DNA of 64,000 nt. It comes from an uncultured Ignavibacteria bacterium (lineage in GTDB: Bacteria; Bacteroidota; Ignavibacteria; Kapaibacteriales; Kapaibacteriaceae). The notes under the pieces are model-generated. The model was not told where the DNA came from. It did no database searches and was given only the letters and a program-made list of their open reading frames with translations. Of the stretch, positions 1-8,400 are shown piece by piece. Within the stretch, counting starts at the first letter, position 1. Each line of letters opens with the position of its first letter. Where the stretch lies: the NCBI GenBank assembly GCA_937870915.1, contig CALMZQ010000020.1:14843-78842 (forward strand), read 5' to 3'. The position numbers were made by a program, and so were the translations under genes.

Positions 1-77
1 ACCCAGTAGATGATGGCGAACAAGCTGTCGAGTTCCGCGCCGAACGTTGAGATGTTCTCCGGGAACCACGCAAGCAT
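1..77 (-). CDS. cytochrome c oxidase subunit II, N-terminal 25 codons only (gene continues beyond window start)
   Basis: Minus-strand ATG at 77-75 reads MLAWFPENISTFGAELDSLFAIIYW, which resembles the N-terminus of CoxII/CtaC-type subunits. It lies 66 nt downstream of a c-type cytochrome gene on the same strand. The fragment is too short for a firm call. Confidence 0.35.
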   Translation of the reverse strand, partial: MLAWFPENISTFGAELDSLFAIIYW

Positions 78-143
78 GTCTAAGACGTGAAGGATATCGC
101 CCATTGGATAAAGACTCCGAAGAGGAAAATTTTCGAAAGGAGA

Positions 144-677
144 TTACGGCAGCTCGGCTTCGGTGAAGGGCTGCGTGCGAGTGGCCGTTGCTTCGCGGAC
201 CGTCTTGACTTCATCTGCAGTCACAGCTGCGCCGGCATTGCCAAACGCGCTACGTACATACGTCAGCACATCGGCAATCTCTTGATCACTGAGTTGATCT
301 TTCCAGGCGGCCATTTGACCATTGATCTGGACCCCGTTCCGTTCGATGGGGCCACGGAAGCCGTGCAGCACGATCCCGATCGGCTTGCCGGCATCACCCG
401 TTGCCAGTGCAGAACCGGCAAGAGCGGGGATATTATTACCCGGGACACCTTTACCGCTGCCCAAGTGGCATGCGGCACAGATCCGACCGTAGACAGCCTT
501 GCCCGGCCCGCCTGCATCGGCAGTGCCTGCTGCGGCAGCAGCCGCGGCATTCGGATCAACCCATACGGGGTCGTCCTGGAGTTTGGTGAAGAACCCTTCC
601 ACATTACACGCTGTGAGAGCCACAGAGGCAACGATTGACAATCCAACTAAGACAACGCGGGATCCAAACTTCTGCAT
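144..677 (-). CDS. membrane-anchored mono-heme c-type cytochrome (class I)
   Basis: ORF 144..713 has a single CxxCH heme motif (RICAACHLGSG). The signal peptide is lipoprotein-like: MQKFGSRVVLVGLSIVASVALTAC. Start is set at ATG 677; the ORF track begins at TTG 713, and ATG 692 is also possible. Confidence 0.8.
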   Translation of the reverse strand: MQKFGSRVVLVGLSIVASVALTACNVEGFFTKLQDDPVWVDPNAAAAAAAGTADAGGPGKAVYGRICAACHLGSGKGVPGNNIPALAGSALATGDAGKPIGIVLHGFRGPIERNGVQINGQMAAWKDQLSDQEIADVLTYVRSAFGNAGAAVTADEVKTVREATATRTQPFTEAELP

Positions 678-802
678 GTTCACCAACCTCATCGTGAAGA
701 TGTACCAGCCCAATCCCCAAAGTTAACAGGAGACGGCGACGTGAAAAAACTGTAAGGTCGATGTGCAGATGTTTCTTGGAACCAAATTTCTACGCGAAAG
801 GT

Positions 803-1720
803 TCATTTGCGCTGGCGAAACCATTCTGCAGTAGCGCGAATCCCCTCTTCCAACGGAGTGCTTGGACGCCATCCGGTGAGCGCAGAAAATGCCGCATGGG
901 AACCGCGGGTTTTGGCGGGATCGCCTGCTTTTGCCGGACCGTGAACGACCTCTGCGTCAGTACCAAGAGCTGAACGGAGCATCGATACCACATCATTTAC
1001 ACTTGCGGCACTGTCGCTGCAGACATGATAGATCCCCTGAGCACGGGTAATGAGTGCTGCCCTGTTTGCGCACGCTACATCATGCACATGGAGATAGTCT
1101 CTCTCCTGTGATCCGTCACCGTGGATGGTAGGGACAGCCCCCTTCAAGAATTTTTCGAGGAAGATGGCTATCACGCCTGATTCCCCATTGGGGTTCTGTC
1201 GTGGACCATAGACGTTGGTATACCTGAGGACAGAAATACTCATTCCATGGACGATGCGTTCGTAATCGGCATAGAGTTCCATTGCCCGCTTCGATACTCC
1301 ATAGGGGGCTATTGGTCTCACAGGATGAGATTCCGTAGCAGGCAACTCGGTGAATTCGCCGAGAACAGCTGCTGTTGAGGCAAGGATCACGTGTTGGACG
1401 TCAGACTTACGGGCAGCCTCAAGAAGTCTGAGCGACCCAAGGATATTGATCGTTGCATCATGAACCGGTTTATCAACACTCACGCGCAATTCCATGTGCG
1501 CTGCATGGTGGTTGATGGCGTCGAATCGTTCATCCATCACAAACCGTGAGAATGAATCGGTGGTGATATCGAGCTCTACAAATCGTGCGCCGGCTGGGAC
1601 GTTGTCTTTCGATCCCATGGAGAGGTCATCAACGATCGTTACTTCGTGGCCATCCTCGAGATACGTTTCTGCGATATGTGAACCGATAAATCCGGCACCA
1701 CCGGTAACGAGGATCTTCAT
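803..1720 (-). CDS. NAD-dependent epimerase/dehydratase (extended SDR, UDP-glucose 4-epimerase-like)
   Basis: N-terminal Rossmann motif MKILVTGGAGFIGSH and catalytic YxxxK (YGVSK). Its start overlaps the purD stop by 4 nt (1717-1720). Confidence 0.8.
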   Translation of the reverse strand: MKILVTGGAGFIGSHIAETYLEDGHEVTIVDDLSMGSKDNVPAGARFVELDITTDSFSRFVMDERFDAINHHAAHMELRVSVDKPVHDATINILGSLRLLEAARKSDVQHVILASTAAVLGEFTELPATESHPVRPIAPYGVSKRAMELYADYERIVHGMSISVLRYTNVYGPRQNPNGESGVIAIFLEKFLKGAVPTIHGDGSQERDYLHVHDVACANRAALITRAQGIYHVCSDSAASVNDVVSMLRSALGTDAEVVHGPAKAGDPAKTRGSHAAFSALTGWRPSTPLEEGIRATAEWFRQRK

Positions 1721-2985
1721 ACTGCTTTTGCTGCGATATCTGAGCGATGCGTTTTTCCCGCGAAGGAGATCTTTGCGCAGGCTTCATACGAACGACGAAC
1801 AGCATTGGCAAGTGTATCGGCAGTTGCCGTTACGCCCAACACCCTTCCCCCATTTGTCACCAACACATTGTCTTTCATCGAAGTCCCTGCATGAAAGACC
1901 GTTACGTGCGGATCAGCCTCTGCTTCGTCGATTCCGGAGATGGGGAGCCCCTTTGCATACTCATCCGGATATCCACCTGATGCTAGGACCACATTACACG
2001 CGTACCCCATGGCCACGGTTGTAATTGTTGATGCATCGATACTGCCACGAGCAGCTGATGCGAATAGAGCGGCAACATCAGCATTGAGTACGCTCATCAC
2101 AACTTGTGTTTCCGGGTCGCCGAAACGTGCATTGAATTCCACAACATTCACATCATCACCATCGATCATCAGTCCAACGAACAGGCATCCGATAAAGGGG
2201 CTTCCCCCTTCCCGCATACCATCAAGGACGGGTTTCACTATCCGTGTACGTACAGTAGCAAGGATTTCCGGGGTTACGATCGGAGCCGGAGCATAGGCAC
2301 CCATTCCGCCTGTGTTCTTGCCGGTATCGCCATCACCAATGCGCTTATGGTCTTGTGCAGGGGCAAGGAGGACAAAGTCTCGTCCGTCACACACAGCAAA
2401 CACACTTGCTTCTTCGCCGATGAGAAAGCCTTCAATCACAACACCATCAGATCCGAATGCACCATCGAACATATCATTCACGGCAATGAGTGCTTCATCG
2501 CGGGTGGAGGCAACAACAACACCCTTACCAGCTGCGAGTCCGTCGTACTTGATAACTACGGGCAACGTATGGATGCGCACGTGGTCCAAGGCTGCTGCAC
2601 GTTCCGTTGGTGTGAACCTACGGTAAGGGGCTGTTGGAATGTGATGTTTGAGCATGAAGTCCTTGGAGAATCCCTTGGACCATTCGAGTTGGGCAGCAGA
2701 TTTTGAGGGGCCGAACACATCAATGTTCTCTTCGCGCAGGAAGTCGGCCAAACCTTCTGACAGTGGCTGTTCGGGACCGATCACCACCAGCGATACATCG
2801 TTTTTCAGACAGAACTTCGCAACCGCTCCGTGGTCTGCAACATTCAGCTGCACACATTCCGCTTCCCGTTCGATACCCGGATTCCCCGGTGCTGCCCAGA
2901 GTTTATCACATGACGTAGATGCGACGAGTGCCTTTGCTAGGGCATGTTCCCGTCCACCCGAACCGATAAGTAAGATGCGTTCCAT
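1717..2985 (-). CDS. purD: phosphoribosylamine--glycine ligase
   Basis: ILLIGSGGREHALAKAL N-terminus and an ATP-grasp body typical of PurD. Start moved from ATG 3012 to ATG 2985 (MERILLIGSGG...) because an exact TACCTTTG box lies 5 nt upstream. Confidence 0.9.
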   Translation of the reverse strand: MERILLIGSGGREHALAKALVASTSCDKLWAAPGNPGIEREAECVQLNVADHGAVAKFCLKNDVSLVVIGPEQPLSEGLADFLREENIDVFGPSKSAAQLEWSKGFSKDFMLKHHIPTAPYRRFTPTERAAALDHVRIHTLPVVIKYDGLAAGKGVVVASTRDEALIAVNDMFDGAFGSDGVVIEGFLIGEEASVFAVCDGRDFVLLAPAQDHKRIGDGDTGKNTGGMGAYAPAPIVTPEILATVRTRIVKPVLDGMREGGSPFIGCLFVGLMIDGDDVNVVEFNARFGDPETQVVMSVLNADVAALFASAARGSIDASTITTVAMGYACNVVLASGGYPDEYAKGLPISGIDEAEADPHVTVFHAGTSMKDNVLVTNGGRVLGVTATADTLANAVRRSYEACAKISFAGKTHRSDIAAKAV

Positions 2986-2990
2986 GAGTG

Positions 2991-2998
2991 CAAAGGTA
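2991..2998 (-). promoter_or_regulatory. Bacteroidetes-type -7 promoter box (TACCTTTG) 5 nt upstream of purD ATG
   Basis: Plus strand reads caaaggta, the reverse complement of TACCTTTG. It is one of six TAnnTTTG-N4-6-ATG cases in the window. Confidence 0.5.
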
Positions 2999-3010
2999 CG
3001 GAGGAATAAC

Positions 3011-3240
3011 ATCGGGCTTTAGCCCGATGACGGAATGACGGAATGACGGAATGACGGTATGACGGAATGACGGTATGACGTCGGGCTTTAGCCCGATGTG
3101 ACCTCACTCGCTTCGCTCGTAGTGACGAAATGACCTCACTCGCTTTGCTCGTAATGACGAAATGACGTAATGACGTAATGACGATATGACTAATCGTCAC
3201 TTTGTCATTGCGTCATTCCGTCATTTCGTCATTGCGTCAT
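3011..3240. repeat. composite intergenic repeat block: two TCGGGCTTTAGCCCGA palindromes, ATGACGGW octamer array, two 32-nt units, then inverted CGTCAT octamers
   Basis: Palindromes sit at 3011-3028 and 3081-3096 and bracket 6.75 copies of ATGACGG(A/T) (3027-3080). Tandem 32-nt units lie at 3100-3131 and 3132-3163. NATGACGN octamers run to 3192, then six NNCGTCAT octamers in opposite polarity occupy 3193-3240. Confidence 0.9.
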
Positions 3241-3273
3241 TGGCTTCATTGGCTTCATCAGCTCATCCCCCGT

Positions 3274-3304
3274 CCCCTTCTCTCACGCTTCGCTAGAGAA
3301 GGGG
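3274..3304. other. 10-bp perfect-stem hairpin (CCCCTTCTCT / AGAGAAGGGG) with 11-nt loop CACGCTTCGCT
   Basis: Direct base pairing 3274-3283 with 3295-3304. The loop shares CGCTTCGCT with the adjacent 32-nt repeat units. No T-tract follows, so it is not a classic terminator. Confidence 0.6.
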
Positions 3305-3475
3305 TGCCGGTTCGTGTGTGCGAGTGATGGGTCAAAACGTCCTCTTGTCATACTCGTCGTAGCGTGGTGGTGTCATCACCCTTCAAGAACATGGGGGTTA
3401 ACACTATTTTCACCCTGCATAGTATGCGATTAATGGCGATACTGTATGGTTCGCCCGTGCAATCATTTATACTAC

Positions 3476-5947
3476 ATGAGAACCCTAAGCCTACTGTCCT
3501 CGTCTGCTGTTCTCAGCGTTGTTGCTTTTCTTGTTCTTACGTCGTGTGAACGAGATAGAAGTTCTTTGCCGTACAGGTCATCTGGTTTCGTCGCAGATAG
3601 AGCAGATTCGATTCGCTTGTGGGATACAGACCGGCGTGGTTTGCCGGAACAGGTGCTTTCGTTGACGGATTCTCTCCTTGCTGGCCTCGACTCCATTCCT
3701 GCCGGCGAGCAGTACACGTATGCACTCTACATCCGCGGTAAGAGCTTATTCAAACTAGGAGCGTACGAAGAGTCAATCCAGACAATGGGTCGTGTTGTAC
3801 AAAGGGGCTCTCCAAACACTGAGATGATTCGCAATGCACGGCTGTTTGCTGCGCACGGCCTTCGTGCATGTAATGACACCCTTGGTGCATTGGCACTCTA
3901 TCGAGCATGTCTTCGATACTCATCGGTGATCGAAGCCTCACGCAATGCAGATGCGCTTGCCAACATCGCTATGATCGAGCGTTGGCTCGGAAGGAAGGAC
4001 TCGGCGGTCATACATGCACAAATAGCTAGATCGAGTTTTGAGAGTGTTGGAGACACCAGTGGCGTTGAGTGGACCGAACGTATCATACGTGGCGTGGCCC
4101 ACAACACTCTTCCTCATCCTCGTCAGCCTGTAACCATCCGACGTCTCCCTGCCATTCGCTCGGAGTCTATCTACCCTCATCCCGATCTGGTAATGGACAT
4201 CGTTGTTGATGGCAATGGCATGAAGTGGATGGCAACACTCTTGGGTCTGGTTCGAGACCTAGGGTTTGGCGTTGAGTGGCCACAGGCAGAAGGCGTTGAG
4301 GTTACACAGGCTTTCACCGATCTCATTCGAGAGACCGACTCCACGATACTGGCTAAGGCCATCGGTGGGGGTTGGATCCGGGTCCATGTTGAACAAATGG
4401 GGGTCTCAGAATGCCCGCCTCCACGCAAACCCTCGACACGAATCAACGCGGATGTCCCTTCTTCTCTCGTCAATGACCTTGGTGGAACTGTGCGAACCAA
4501 GACCGATCTTCCTCCTACAATCGATGCCAACCTCGTGACGAGAGTCCTGATGCAGGATGACAGCACATCCGTTATTTGCCTGAGAGACCGCGGTGCACTT
4601 CTTTGGGAACACCACACGAACAAGATCGATCGGATCTTCTCCTATGGAGAGGCTTGGACTGCTGGAATTCTCGACGTGCGGGATGTCTTTCGAGGTCAAG
4701 ACAGATGGGGAGCATTGTCGGTACGCGGAATAGCATGGGAACGTCTCACGCGGAAGAATAACCGCACCACGCTTTCCAACACCTACCGAGATGGAAGTGC
4801 GATACATGCCTACCGATTTCATCGTATAGGTGCTTCACTTACGATCATCGAATGTGATGACCACAAGTCCTTGCTCATCGATTCGACCGTGATTCGTATT
4901 CCGGCCAAGGGGATCGACACATCGATGCGATGGCCGGATCGCTCTTGGATGATCTCCGGTATACGGAAGAATGATTCTGTGCTCTCTGTATCAATCGGTC
5001 TAGATGGTGGATCACTGCCTGAGTTCACTGCAGAAGCGCTCAGGTTCAGCCCCTTGACAGCCAACGACGTTGCATGGCATCCAATACAATACGCGATCGA
5101 TGATCAACAGTGGAGACCGCTGGAAGCCAACGGATGGGTGAACTTACGGGACCTCGATTTTGGAACACACATCGTCGGTATTCAGTGGGCAGACGGTTCC
5201 GCCACAACCTTCATCCCTGTGTTCTCCTCCACTCGTTGGTGGGCAACATGGTGGGGGCGCATTTCGCTGACCATTGCATTTGCGCTGTTCGTTACCGTGC
5301 TCGTGTGGTTCGTTATGAGACGCAGAATGAACCTCCGACTTGAACAACAGCAACGGATACACGATGAGCGAGACCGAATATCACGCGACCTTCATGATCA
5401 CGTAGGTAGTCAGCTTGCGAGAATGTCCACGATCGCCTCTCGGATAGAAAAGAGCTCTGATCCGATCGATCGCGATGTTCTACTGAAGAGGTTGCAACAG
5501 TCATCCCGTGAGGCAACGCGGAGTTTACGTGACGTCCTGACGATCTCTCAGGGAGGGACATCAACCTTACAGGACGTTATCGCTGTACTGCGAGAACGCT
5601 TACGTGAGCTTGCTGGAGATGTCCAGGTTTCGTTTTTGTTCGATATTGACAACCAGATCCACAAACAGCTATCGGGCGAACAACGGCACCACCTTGTGAT
5701 GTTCGTAATGGAGGCTGTGACCAATGCTGTCCGTCATGGCGAGTCCGCAGCGATCTCCATGATCCTGCAACAGCAGAACAACCGAACAGAGCTCCTGTTG
5801 GTTGATGACGGCAGCGGGCGAACCGCTCAGGATCGGATCGGTCTAGGTACCGCTACCATGGAGCATCGTGCCGCAATTCTCGGTGCTACGGTCACGTGGG
5901 AGCCAGGTACCCAGGGCGGCACGGTGGTACGATTGGTGTGGCGATGA
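3476..5947 (+). CDS. sensor histidine kinase (TPR-like and beta-rich/Y_Y_Y-like extracytoplasmic region, HisKA_3 + HATPase_c)
   Basis: Signal/lipobox-like N-terminus MRTLSLLSSSAVLSVVAFLVLTSC and a TM helix WWGRISLTIAFALFVTVLVWFVM. H-box RISRDLHDHVGSQL (HisKA_3), N-box EAVTNAVRHG, and DDGSG. Start chosen at ATG 3476 rather than 3446. Confidence 0.85.
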   Translation: MRTLSLLSSSAVLSVVAFLVLTSCERDRSSLPYRSSGFVADRADSIRLWDTDRRGLPEQVLSLTDSLLAGLDSIPAGEQYTYALYIRGKSLFKLGAYEESIQTMGRVVQRGSPNTEMIRNARLFAAHGLRACNDTLGALALYRACLRYSSVIEASRNADALANIAMIERWLGRKDSAVIHAQIARSSFESVGDTSGVEWTERIIRGVAHNTLPHPRQPVTIRRLPAIRSESIYPHPDLVMDIVVDGNGMKWMATLLGLVRDLGFGVEWPQAEGVEVTQAFTDLIRETDSTILAKAIGGGWIRVHVEQMGVSECPPPRKPSTRINADVPSSLVNDLGGTVRTKTDLPPTIDANLVTRVLMQDDSTSVICLRDRGALLWEHHTNKIDRIFSYGEAWTAGILDVRDVFRGQDRWGALSVRGIAWERLTRKNNRTTLSNTYRDGSAIHAYRFHRIGASLTIIECDDHKSLLIDSTVIRIPAKGIDTSMRWPDRSWMISGIRKNDSVLSVSIGLDGGSLPEFTAEALRFSPLTANDVAWHPIQYAIDDQQWRPLEANGWVNLRDLDFGTHIVGIQWADGSATTFIPVFSSTRWWATWWGRISLTIAFALFVTVLVWFVMRRRMNLRLEQQQRIHDERDRISRDLHDHVGSQLARMSTIASRIEKSSDPIDRDVLLKRLQQSSREATRSLRDVLTISQGGTSTLQDVIAVLRERLRELAGDVQVSFLFDIDNQIHKQLSGEQRHHLVMFVMEAVTNAVRHGESAAISMILQQQNNRTELLLVDDGSGRTAQDRIGLGTATMEHRAAILGATVTWEPGTQGGTVVRLVWR

Positions 5948-5969
5948 CACCTGCCCCGTATCTTATGCC

Positions 5970-6599
5970 GTGACAGAACCAATCTCCGTTGGGATCCTTG
6001 AGGACGATAGTGAGTTTCGTGATTTCATTGCGACACTCATAGCAGCAGATGGTCGTACCTCTCTCTTGTGGACGGCATCTACGAGTGCCAAGGCAATGGC
6101 GCGCGCGCTTGACCAACCTCCGCGAGTGATCCTCGTTGATCTCGGTTTGCCGGACCTTACAGGAGATCGGTTCATTCTCACGATCAAGGAACGCCTTCCC
6201 AACACAGACTATCTCGTCATCAGCGTGTTTGAAGACTATGATCGGATCTACCGCGCACTGTGCGCCGGAGCATCGGGCTACCTTGCGAAGTCGCACTTAG
6301 ATGATCAGCTCGTTGATCAGATCATTGATCTGAGCAACGGAGGCAGCCCAATGAGCAGCCCCATCGCACGCAAGGTGGTCAACACCTTCACTACTCGTGC
6401 CACTGAACCAAACGGCCTAGACGGTCTAACGCGACGAGAACAGGACATTGTCCACCAGCTCGCCCTTGGCAGATCATACCAAGAGATCGCAGACAATGTC
6501 CTTCTCAGCGTCGAAACCGTTCGAAGTCACATCCGCAACATCTACCGCAAACTAGAGGTCCACTCACGGGCAGAGATCATGAAGTTGATGAAGAAATGA
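5970..6599 (+). CDS. two-component response regulator, NarL/LuxR family
   Basis: Receiver domain (ISVGILEDD..., VDLGLPD) plus a C-terminal GerE/LuxR HTH (LTRREQDIVHQLALGRSYQEIADNVLLSVETVRSHIRNIYRKLEV). ATG 5868 would overlap the kinase gene by 80 nt. In-frame GTG 5970 lies 22 nt after the kinase stop and is preferred. Confidence 0.8.
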   Translation: MTEPISVGILEDDSEFRDFIATLIAADGRTSLLWTASTSAKAMARALDQPPRVILVDLGLPDLTGDRFILTIKERLPNTDYLVISVFEDYDRIYRALCAGASGYLAKSHLDDQLVDQIIDLSNGGSPMSSPIARKVVNTFTTRATEPNGLDGLTRREQDIVHQLALGRSYQEIADNVLLSVETVRSHIRNIYRKLEVHSRAEIMKLMKK

Positions 6600-6620
6600 A
6601 CGAAGAAATGACCAAGTGAC

Positions 6621-6920
6621 CTAGGGACGCAATGACATCTTTCTGCTCCTGAAGTAATCCGTCAGAAGGCATGCTAGTCCCGTTGGTACAACGACTAATA
6701 CTGTTGGATTTGCATTGCAAGCCCCCGCGAAATCCAGCTCTAGAACTCGCACAAGTGCCGTTGTGAGACCACAGCCCGGACACTCCCAACCAAACACTGC
6801 CTTCCAAAGACAAGGAATACATACATCAACGTCTAGCAAGCGTTTGATGATCACCGACAACACAATGTATCCGCCAACGAAACTCGCAAGGCGCATGGAT
6901 CGAAGGCAGTATCGGATCAT
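6621..6920 (-). CDS. DUF2752-like small membrane protein
   Basis: CIPCLWKAVFGWECPGCGLTTA motif typical of DUF2752, plus hydrophobic helices. ATG 6920 or GTG 6929 could be the start. Confidence 0.6.
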   Translation of the reverse strand: MIRYCLRSMRLASFVGGYIVLSVIIKRLLDVDVCIPCLWKAVFGWECPGCGLTTALVRVLELDFAGACNANPTVLVVVPTGLACLLTDYFRSRKMSLRP

Positions 6921-6928
6921 GATAAGCA

Positions 6929-7333
6929 CTAGCGAACCTGCATGATCAATCTCTGAAGTATCTCAACGTTAGCCTCCTCAGCTCGCTTCTTGGCCTTTGT
7001 CATCTCTATGATCCACCATACCCAACATCCACCACCCGTAACCAGCATCAGGATGCCAAGACCAGCCTTGCCTACGTAGAAGAGTGAGAATCCAAATATT
7101 GCCAAGATCAAAGCAGTTTGTTCACTCTTCTTTTCTGATTGCCACATGCTATACACCTGTTGCTGCTTTTCCTCGGGAAGACCATCAAAGGCGGCTTTCA
7201 CTGCGAAGGGAATGTCGATGTAGCTCACGGTCTTTCCTTTATAGTAGTTGATTGTTTCAATAAATCGCGGGTCATTCTTTCGAACAACGGATCGATGCTC
7301 CACTAGCTGAGAGTGTAACATATCTCCCATCAC
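6929..7333 (-). CDS. TM2-domain-like membrane protein
   Basis: C-terminal half ALILAIFGFSLFYVGKAGLGILMLVTGGGCWVWWIIE resembles the TM2 two-helix motif. The start is uncertain because it overlaps the upstream gene by 50-60 nt. Confidence 0.5.
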   Translation of the reverse strand: MMGDMLHSQLVEHRSVVRKNDPRFIETINYYKGKTVSYIDIPFAVKAAFDGLPEEKQQQVYSMWQSEKKSEQTALILAIFGFSLFYVGKAGLGILMLVTGGGCWVWWIIEMTKAKKRAEEANVEILQRLIMQVR

Positions 7334-7676
7334 AGTCGCCGATCTTCATACCAGATACATCTATGAGATCTTCACCAGCAATGGTACCAGACAATGACTC
7401 CTTGACCTCATCCCAGTCGTCAAGCCCCTCGCAAGTCCATCGATTTCCTCTTATCCGGACGACATACTTATACAACCCACTTCCAACGTATTTGCCATCA
7501 AGGACCTTCTTTTCTTCTTGGACTACGGCTTTGGGGGTGTCTGTTGAATCAGCATTAGCCCCTGCTTTGGACTTATCACAGCCGACACTCGAGAAAAAGA
7601 ACAAGAAGCTCAAAGAACTGATTCCAATCCATTTTCCAAGGATTGGATAAAGGCTTGGATAGTCAACACTCTTCAT
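7272..7676 (-). CDS. hypothetical lipoprotein
   Basis: From ATG 7676: MKSVDYPSLYPILGKWIGISSLSFLFFFSSVGC, with a lipobox (SVGC). No recognisable family. Confidence 0.5.
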   Translation of the reverse strand: MKSVDYPSLYPILGKWIGISSLSFLFFFSSVGCDKSKAGANADSTDTPKAVVQEEKKVLDGKYVGSGLYKYVVRIRGNRWTCEGLDDWDEVKESLSGTIAGEDLIDVSGMKIGDCDGRYVTLSASGASIRCSKE

Positions 7677-7829
7677 TTCTGTCTCCAAATGGTTGTTGTT
7701 GCTCAACATGATATCGGCATGGCCCTCGATCAATCGAGTTCCTTCATGATCTGAACGCAGTTGGGCTGCATCCTTCTTGATATACCTCCACACAATGCTT
7801 GTCTTTGTATTGATTTGGCATCAACCAGA

Positions 7830-8276
7830 TCACTTGGGTTCCCATTTGTATATGGCTCCCGTTGCCAACTCGATTGCAATCACTTCACCATCACGATGCT
7901 TGATCAGTCCGTCTCCTTTAGGATGTACAGCTTCATCCCAATCAGAGAAGATGATTCGCCCACGCTCTGCATCCACCCTATACTTTCCAGTCGACGCAAA
8001 TTTCATCGTTCCGGCTTGGCTAACCCAGATAACCGAACCATCCTTCTTGAACTTGAACATTGCTGCTACACCATCCTTTTCATAGTAGTACATCCCACCA
8101 TCAGTACCCTCCGCATGAATATCGAGGGTCGGTTTTGATGCAGATGTTGCGGATGCGTCAGGTGACGCTCCAGATCTCTTAGATAGTCCACCTATTACAC
8201 TCATAGCCACAACAATGATCACAGCAATTCCCCACCACTTCTTATACCAGGCCTTCTGCTTGGCTACCTCTTCCAT
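7830..8276 (-). CDS. hypothetical membrane-anchored protein
   Basis: N-terminal TM anchor (WWGIAVIIVVAMSVIGGL) and a small beta-rich C-terminal domain. An AAGGAGG Shine-Dalgarno-like sequence lies 5 nt upstream of the ATG. Confidence 0.55.
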   Translation of the reverse strand: MEEVAKQKAWYKKWWGIAVIIVVAMSVIGGLSKRSGASPDASATSASKPTLDIHAEGTDGGMYYYEKDGVAAMFKFKKDGSVIWVSQAGTMKFASTGKYRVDAERGRIIFSDWDEAVHPKGDGLIKHRDGEVIAIELATGAIYKWEPK

Positions 8277-8388
8277 AACGTCCTCCTTGTTTCCCGTTTG
8301 CGAAATCAGTACGATGTAAACATGCGGTATCTAGATCCCCTGTGAAATGTGAATAAAGTGGGTGACCATCAGCACGAGGTTGCTTTGC

Positions 8389-8396
8389 TACATTTG
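8389..8396 (+). promoter_or_regulatory. -7 promoter box TACATTTG, 4 nt upstream of ATG 8401
   Basis: Exact TAnnTTTG at fixed short spacing from the start codon. Confidence 0.5.
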
Positions 8397-8400
8397 TCTC

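Noticed and set aside
3100-3163. Covarying stem with conserved CGCTTCGCT loop across the 32-nt units, the 26-nt repeats (10980-11064) and the 3274-3304 hairpin, suggesting a structured RNA family
   Set aside because: The alternative pairing registers give mismatches in several copies, and the apparent compensatory changes depend on which register is chosen. There are too few copies to support covariation without a proper alignment.
5868-5969. ATG 5868 as the response-regulator start
   Set aside because: It would overlap the kinase gene by 80 nt. It would also add about 34 non-conserved residues before the receiver domain. In-frame GTG 5970 fits better, but this is not proven.
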